Source: Macrostomum lignano
Lineage: Eukaryota
Assembly (NCBI GenBank): GCA_002269645.1
Contig: NIVC01003163.1
Location: 1-34,806 of the forward strand
DNA: 34,806 bases
Direction of reading: 5' to 3'
Within the stretch, counting starts at the first letter, position 1, and each line of letters opens with the position of its first letter. The notes beneath the pieces are model-generated. The model saw nothing but the letters and a program-made list of their open reading frames with translations. It made no database searches and was not told the origin of the DNA. Below, piece by piece: positions 27,271 to 34,806 of this stretch. The translations under genes were made by a program, and so were the position numbers.

Positions 27271-27978
27271 TAGAGTTGCATTTCAAGTGTACTTGATAGT
27301 GAAATTTTCTCTTCCTTTTTAGTTTATCGGCCTTGTCTTAAAAATTGTACCATACTACTCGTTTTGCTAAGAGCAGGCATAGGAATAAATGCATGCATTT
27401 ATTGTATCATTCTGTCTTTTTCAATCTAAATAAAGCACTTAGCTGTTCGACTCTTTTCATAAGAGATCTGAATTATGATGATATTTAAATTCTTACGTCT
27501 GAAGACGTATGAAGCTCGCAAATTCGGGAAGTACTTTTAATGACTACGAGGGCCGGGCACGTAGGAAGGGGTTGGGAGAGCGATAACTGTCCAAGATTCT
27601 TTAAGCGATACTCTTGAGGATAGTAGCGTGTTCACGCTTGAAAAAGTCAAATGACTACTATGCGCAGGTGAACTATAGTGGGTAATCATAGGGCTAGAAG
27701 CAGTTGGGTGATTTTCCCACAAAGCCCAGCTTCTCATCTTTTTTGAAGGCTGATTACTTCAATTTGAAGGTGAACAATATTGAGGTTATTAGAGTTAGAG
27801 GTTATTACGAGTAACTCAAATTTAGTAAGACAAGGAGCCTCCTCTCTGCGTCTATTACTTTATTGTAGTTTATTTAAAGACACATAATTGCTTCCACAAT
27901 TGTTCCAGTAACGAGTTAATCAAGTCCTATTTCAGCTTTATCATATCAGCCTAGCATAAGCTCTGCAGCTCGTATGCC

Positions 27979-28670
27979 TCATTCAGCCATCCAGATGTCG
28001 TCACTTACATGTATTTCGCCGCTCAAGGCGGTGGCAAAGCTGTTGAGGTGTCAGAGGCCGCTGCTGCCGTTGAAGCAATACGGGGACTTGACCAGACTCT
28101 TCGCCATGCGAGCTCAGCCCAGAGAGAGGTTGCAAATTCCGCAGCTGGGATGAGCGGATGGGCGGCGGAGGCGGTGACCTTGTGAAATCGACGGCCCTGG
28201 GAGCCTGCATGCAATGTGGGAAACGTATGGACAGAATACACTACATTTCACAGACGGAAAGTGAGTGAGAGTGAACATTCTCACAGATGGAATTTCTCTT
28301 GACTAAACCGTAAAAGCCGCATTTCCAGTGCAATAATCGTCTTTGCACTCCAGACCCTGTTGCTGAACCGCAGGAGCCGTAGCAGGAGCCACACTAATAG
28401 TAAAGGCCTGTCTGCACGCCTTCGTATCGAAAACCGCCGTACAGATCAAACATCGTGTCTCCTCTGGACAAGATCACCTGTCTATCGTAGTTAAATATAA
28501 ACGGGCCGATCTGGTCGATGCCGGCAAGACCCCGCAAGTCTCTGTTAGATTGGTCAATGAGGCAGCTGGCAAAGACTCTAATGGCCTTCGCTGCCCCAGC
28601 AACTCGCGGAGACTAGCAGAACGGCCACTGCAACAGCTGCCCAAGCAGCGAGGACTCTGATGTGGCTCAT
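27979..28670 (-). pseudogene. WSC-PAN paralog A, heavily decayed
   Basis: ATG at 28670 and signal peptide, then a net frameshift near QRKA giving an early TAG. The shifted frame reads SCLIDQSNRDLRGLAGIDQIG..YGGFRY with the TVxLCSxIC segment deleted and an in-frame stop. Exon 2 (27979-28204) is homologous to the PAN exon but degenerate. Confidence 0.75.
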
Positions 28671-29350
28671 ATCTTTCAGTGTTAAACTTATTTGTTGACT
28701 GAATTGAACCATGTTATTTATTACATGCCTTTCCGCACAGGATGGATGTTAAGCAAAGGCAAAAAATACACTGGAAGGAAGCTGCGCAATGCACGGTCAA
28801 ACATTCTAATTTGGCAACCATATAATACAGAGACAGAAACCTTTAAAACATTGATTATAAATGCAGTATGCAAATCCCTAACCCCTATCATCCCGTCTTT
28901 CAGAACTATTAGACCAAATATTGTCAATTCAATGGGTTAAGCAAGGCTGTTACTGTTTAGAGTCAGTTATATTAAATTCGAAAAAGCTATAAAAAATCCA
29001 TCAGATCGATTCTACAAGTATTGCAACTAGACCGACCATATTTGGCTAGTCTAGGATTATTCTGGGATTTATTCTCACTTCTGTTAGAAAACAAAACCAA
29101 CAAAAATACATTCTTTTTTTATTTTCACAGATTTAAAGGTCTGAATTGTGTTTGCAATTGTATTTGTCGTAAATAGCTGCAAAAGTCTCTCTCTTATTAG
29201 TATTTATTATTGCACTCGAATCTAATAGTTAGTATTTCATTTGTGCCTTCGTCACCGAGTTCATGCACTGATTCAAAAAGTTAGCCAGCATAGTCTTCAG
29301 TCAAATCAGGAACAAAAAACTTATCCCAGCGCATCCTGGACTTCAGGGCT

Positions 29351-30095
29351 TCAGCCGACGATCCAGACATCGCCAGTCTCCTTGTCGAATGCGGTGGCGA
29401 AGCTTCTGAGGCGGCAGAGGCCGCTGCTGCTGTTGAAGCAATAGGAGGAGGAGCTGGCAGTCCGGGCGCAGGCGCACTGCATCAGGCTCTGCGCCTTGAC
29501 GTCCCAGCCCAGGGTGCCAGTGGCGACCAGCTTTGGAGCGACAGAGGTGGCGAACTTGCGAAAGCGAGTATTTTGCAAAGCTGAAATAGAATTTTTTAAG
29601 GGCATAAAGCTCACTTTTCTCTATTGTAGCTTATTAATAAAAATCTAACACTTCTCGACATACTCTCTCGATGAGTACACATTTTCATAGATGGACTTTT
29701 GCAAACGACCTCCGCAAACCTGGCTAGCATTCCCGTAGCAATTCGTGTTTCACTCGGACTCTGGCGCTGGACCCCAGGAGCCGTAGCTGAAGTCGCACGA
29801 GCAGAAGCCGTAATCCTGCACCGCAGTGAATCGGAAACCACCGTAGGTGCAGATTTCACTGCACAGCTCCACCGTCATAGCAAGTCCAAGCATTCGATAC
29901 CTTCTCTGGAATACTTGACTCTGAATGAGGCAAATTCTGCGATGCCAGCAAGGCCCCCAATGTCTCTGTTTAGTGCGTCTTTGTCAACAAAGCAGCCGAC
30001 ATAGACGGGAGTGGCTTTGCGCTGGCACAGTGACTCGGAAGCCGAACAAGCGGAACAACTTGCAGCATAGTCATTTGCGGCGACTGAGATGTGCT
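29351..30095 (-). pseudogene. WSC-PAN paralog B, decayed
   Basis: ESLCQRKATPVYVGCFVDK is recognisable but has no in-frame ATG/signal peptide; frameshift near 29880; PESEC changed to PESE-stop (TGA); donor GT changed to GA near 29668. Exon 2 (29351-29580) has small deletions and lost Cys. Confidence 0.8.
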
Positions 30096-31035
30096 TAGCA
30101 GCTTGGCAGGAAAGTAATGTTGCTCACAAGTTCTTATAGATGTCAAACTGCATTGATAATAGGATCGCGTCTAAAACACCAATATTCATTGCTTTCATGG
30201 GCTAATGGCCCCGACCTGGAGACACAAAAAAACGAATTGACGAAGTGTATAATGTTGATCAAGTTTGCATGCCTTCTCCAAATAAAATTGACCCAGGAAG
30301 AATGAGATACTGGCTAATAGACTCGAGAAAAATTCGAAAAAAAAGAGATAAAAAGTCAGGGTATTGGCTTGATTGTGCAAGTTCTAGTTGTCCACGATGG
30401 CATACCGAGATGAGAGGTTGCGAAATGGAACGATGAACTAACAAAGTCGGGGGTAGTAGCCTCATCAAAACAAGCTGAAAAGCACGGTAAATTGATCAGA
30501 TTGACAAGCACTGCCCAGAATGAGTAAACATAAGCTAAGCTAAGCTAAATTAATTTAGGGTAATCTGATGCGCGCTACCTTCAAGGTCAGCAACGTCATA
30601 AGTTGCTTTAGAGAGGGAAAGAGTAGAAGTATTGTTTTAACACTTCGTAATTAAGTTTCCAAAGACTCTCTGAGTCTGGAGTCAGGGGTGCTGCAACTGC
30701 AGACAGAGAGTGTTGAATGCCTCCAGTGCCAGCTCATGAATCAGAATCCATCAGCCAGCTTTCATGTAATTAGGTGAGAAGCTCATCAAACTGGATTCTC
30801 AAGTTACTCCGCATCTTCTTTCATTTTTGCTTTACTTTGAAAATGCAACGATAGCCGTTTACCGTAGAATGAAAAAGAAGAAAAATAAAAATCTATGATA
30901 AAAACCAATTAAAACTTAACTTGCAAATGTCTTTGCTTTCTAACCAAAATTTATTATCAATTTCAAGTAGTTGGTCTGACAGGATTCCAAAAAACACAAT
31001 GGGAAATCGAGTCATCGAAATCGGGCTCCGAGGCT

Positions 31036-31896
31036 TCAGCCGATTATCCAGACATCGCCAGTCTCCTTGTCGAATGCGGTGGCAAAGTTGCTGAGGCGGC
31101 AGAGGCCGCTGCTGCTGTTGAAGCGATACGAGGAGCAGCTGGCAGTCCGGGAGCAGGTGGCGGCGCAATCGATCCGGCTCTGCGTCTTGACGTCCCAGCC
31201 GAGGGAGCCGGCGAATTCGGCAGTGGTGACCAGGTTTGGAGCGGCAGAGGCGGCGAACTTGCGGAAACGATGTACCTTGGATCCTGAAAGTTGTTTTTTG
31301 CATTCGAGCTTGTTGGCAAATGTTTCAGGATAGTCTCAGCTTTCTCGTGCTTTACGAGCTTAAGTTGTACATTTAACCTGGTCGAGTGGAATTTTGTACT
31401 TTTTTGATCCCGGATGCATGAAAAAACTATTAGCTTTTAGTAAACCAGATCGGAATCCGAAAAAATTGTGCTCACCCGAGAAGGTACTCTTGTAGATCGA
31501 AGCCCGCAGAGAACTACCGCACACCTGACCATGATTGCCAGAGCAAGGATTGCTGCACTCGGCTTCCGGAGCGGAACCCCAGGAGCCGTAGCTGGAGTCG
31601 CACATGCATTCATTACTATTCTGCACTGCGGCGTATTGAAAGCCACCGTAAATGCAGATTTCGCTGCACAGATCCACAGTCATGTCATGTCTGGACACGA
31701 TGCCTTGGCTTGGGTGTAAGACACTGTATATGCCAAGCTGGGCAACACCAACAAGTCCCAGCATGTCTCTGTCGGGTGGAAGTTTGTCAACGAAGCAGCC
31801 GACGTAGACCGGAGTGGCCTTGCGCTGGCACAGCGACTCACCGGCCAGCAGAGCAACAGCCAGAACATTCGCTAGCACGGAGAGTCTGCTCAACAT
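31036..31896 (-). CDS. Secreted WSC + PAN/apple domain protein (paralog C, intact, 222 aa)
   Basis: Exon 1 31476-31896: signal peptide MLSRLSVLANVLAVALLAGESLC and WSC pattern YVGCFVD..MTVDLCSEIC..FQYAAVQNSNECMCD..ECSNPCSGNHGQVCG..SIY. Phase-1 GT-AG intron. Exon 2 31036-31283: PAN/apple pattern CAATCSRTASCSSYRFNSSSGLCRLS, ending DVWIIG-stop. Confidence 0.88.
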
Positions 31897-32525
31897 GGTT
31901 TGTAGAATAGGTGGGGGTGGTCGATTTTGCTGTCTGTGACTCTTTCTTGTATTGCCTAATGTAGCCTTGATGGCGCCTGTCAAACTGTTTCATGACTTTA
32001 TAGATCAGCTCAGGCTGAGGCTTTCTGAAAGATTTCTTTCTCTATGCAGGAAGTTTGCCAGGCCGCATTGTCTGTGCGGTGGTCGCTGATGATTGATGCC
32101 GATGAGCTGAAACTGCGGGAGCAAACCGGATGGATTGAATGAGAGACAGAAGCTCTCGGTTAAATTTGTCCGCTCAGTAAGAAGAAGGAAAAGCAAGTCG
32201 ATAAAGCTGTCTTACAATCATCGATTGAAAAGCAGTAAAAAATAATAGGACTAATTTAGGAAAAGATTTGAACCAATCGCCTAGGAAATCAAGCTCCTCG
32301 GACTCGCTATTAACAACAATTACAATTTTTGGGCATAGCAACAATATTCACGAGGCAGTGTATTTTAAGACATTACATGATCAGCACATAACCACACGCT
32401 TTACCTCGTTCGAGATTCGGGAAGTCGCCAACACAACAGTATCAATAGCACAGACAATTGTCAATGCCATATGAATGAATTATAGATCCGAACTCACTTT
32501 ATATTACTCTATAGGATTTTAAGGG

Positions 32526-32665
32526 TGGCTAGAATAGAGCACAGCGGACTAGAATTCAGTACAGGTGGCTAGAGTAGAGCACAGATGGCTAGAGTAGAGT
32601 ACCGGTGGCTAGAGTAGAGCACAGATGGCTAGAGTAGAGAACAGGGGGCTAGAGTAGAGCACAGA
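32526..32665. repeat. 20-bp minisatellite (GGCTAGAGTAGAGCACAGAT), ~6 copies
   Basis: Direct tandem units between paralogs C and D. Confidence 0.85.
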
Positions 32666-32765
32666 AAGAAAACTCGTAGACAAGTTTTTACTCATTAACT
32701 ATGTCTGCAGTACTTGAACTGGTTTCAGATTCGTTTCTCGCCAAGCTAAAGCCAGTTGCCAAAGT

Positions 32766-33587
32766 TCAAGTTGCAATCCAGACGTCGCCGGTCTCATTCG
32801 CCAAAGCGACGGCGAAGTTGCTGAGGCGGCAGAGGCCGCTGCTGCTGTTGAAGCGATAGGAAGAGCAGCTGGCAGTCCGGGCGCAGGAGGCTGCGCACTG
32901 CATCCGGCTCTGCGCCTTGACGTCCCAGCCCAGGGAGCCGGCGAATTTGGCAGTGGTGACCAGCGGAGGGGAGGCAGAGGCGGCGAGCTTGCTAAATTCA
33001 CGGCCATGGAAGTCTGCAACAAATACATAACCAGTTTTTTCAAAATCAGTACAAGGGTTGTACTTTTACTTTTGCATCGGAAAAATTGCTTTAGTCGCTG
33101 CCACTTAATCTTTTTGGGAATTTTTTGGGAAAAAGGATAAAAAATACTGGAATTTCCTCTCACTTGATGGGTACACATTCTCGTAGATTGAGTTCCTGTA
33201 CGCTCCACCGCACATCTGCTTAACGTTCCCGAGGCAGTGCTGGTTACACTCAGTCTCTGGCGCGGGACCCCAGGAGCCGTAGCTGGAGTCGCACGAGCAG
33301 GTGGCATAATTCTGTAAGGCGGCGAACCGGAAGCCGCCGTAGCTGCAAATTTTGCTGCACAGCTCAGCTGTCATGTCGGACCTGGACAGAATTCCCTGCG
33401 TGATGTAGGTGACGCTGAATGGGCCGAGCTGGGCGATGCCAACGAGGCCCTACATGTCTCTGTTTGGCGGAGCTTTGTCTCTGAAGCAGCCCGCGTAGAC
33501 CGGAGTGACTTTGCGCTGGCACAGCGACTTGGAGACCAGCAGAGCCACCACTACAGCAGCCGTTGCTGCAGAGAGTCTGGGACGCAT
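32766..33587 (-). pseudogene. WSC-PAN paralog D, intact apart from one in-frame TAG
   Basis: Exon 1 33164-33587 (MRPRLSAATAAVVVALLVSKSLCQRK..) has TAG at 33450-33452 where paralog C has Leu (RDM-stop-GLVG versus RDMLGLVG). All WSC Cys, splice sites and exon 2 (32766-33013, PAN domain) are intact. Confidence 0.8.
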
Positions 33588-34806
33588 GGAATGCGGTTGT
33601 TGTCACTTGCGCGACCGTAAAATTTCAGGTCACTATCGCAGTAAAGAGGGTCTAGATTGTCTCAGTCTCTTTTGCTTTTCTGATGGAGTGGGATAAAGGC
33701 AGCACTTCATAGTTCGTTTTATACTTTTTTCCTGGCTTCTTTCGATGTTAAGAATAATAGACGGCAGCGGTGTGTTGTAGCCAGCAGTCAATAGAATCCC
33801 GTGTTTTAAACTAGTGGGTTCACGAGTAACTTTATTGATTGATAGAATCGAATTCAATGCTGCTGATAGACATGCTAGAAACATGCCATGAGAATTATCT
33901 GCAGTCCTGGTATCATTTGGTATCTTTCCCAAGGTATTCAGTGACAGAACAGGCAAAAAATTCCACCCTAGAGGTTCAAATTTCTCCATTTTCCAGTAGA
34001 TTTCGTGAAACAATACGTTGAAAAGTGCCAGCATTTCAGCAAAGTTCGTCTATCCTTCGAAAAAAATTGTCCACCTCCATCCTTCAGTCTCGCGCGCGAC
34101 CGATTTCTGATTGCATTCTGATTTGGCATTGCATGCTCTGCGAGAGTATTTCATGCACAGTTTGGTTAATTTCAAAGTGATTCCCTGAATAGTATCTGGT
34201 TAAAAATCTTGTCGATAAAAATTTAGTCATACGAGTAACAAGCAATTTAATTTTTTGATAAAAAATCTCATTTAGGGAAGCAACCGTTGAATTCATGGAG
34301 ATTGGGTGTCTTAGCCACACACTAAACAGTAGAAAATAGCTAAGCCAAAATAGCTAACTTCATAGTGAAGTTAGACATACCTGTCTGTCGCTGAAATAAG
34401 GTGAGAGTCTCAAGTCAGACTCGAAACATTACTGAGAAGCGCCACTCACACTACTGGAAAAACAATATTTTAAAAGTAGTCATCGTTTAGAACAGCAGTT
34501 CGCAGCACAAAAGTCAAGAACGTAACAAAAGGAACGGCAACCAGCGTATCTAAGGATGTCTAGAAGGAGCCACAGAGGTATAGAGGAGGATCCGTCCGGT
34601 TTTGTGCCGAGAGTACATCGTCATGTTAGCGTAAATCAGCTAATGGGAGTACCTGACGGGAGTACGGGCTTTTCAAGGTGGGTGGACATCCAGTCTATGT
34701 CGCCGATGAAGGCACCCACTGTTTATTAATATGCCATTCGCAGAACTCGAATACATTGGATTACGAGAAATCTACGAGTAGTTTTAGACAAGATGGCACT
34801 TTTTTT

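Noticed and set aside
32699-33307. 202-aa ORF and similar P/A/S-rich ORFs at 31044-31319 and 28023-28241
   Set aside because: Alternative-frame readings of the WSC-PAN exons; splice phase supports the Cys-patterned frame (the 28023-28241 frame is a frameshifted relic).

Overview
Eukaryotic, intron-rich animal DNA. GC-rich exons with minisatellite-filled introns resemble the flatworm Macrostomum (inference, not verified). Left half: a 17-exon minus-strand gene for CC2D2A/MKS6, a ciliary transition-zone protein (about 1631 aa reconstructed by hand, no ATG found in the first exon); 8 of its 16 introns carry their own tandem repeat. Middle: two tRNA-derived CORE-type SINEs, a ~2 kb CpG-depleted AT-rich island, and a 2222-bp solo LTR (TG..CA, 10-bp terminal inverted repeat, CATA target duplication) with an intact-looking Pol II promoter and a hairpin-rich leader. 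The LTR points at a head-to-head 5-exon TTLL10-like gene whose catalytic residues are substituted. Right: a tandem array of four two-exon genes for a secreted signal peptide + WSC + PAN/apple protein; one is intact, one has a single nonsense codon and two are decayed. Exon boundaries were inferred by eye from GT-AG sites, phase continuity and remembered family motifs; no searches were run.
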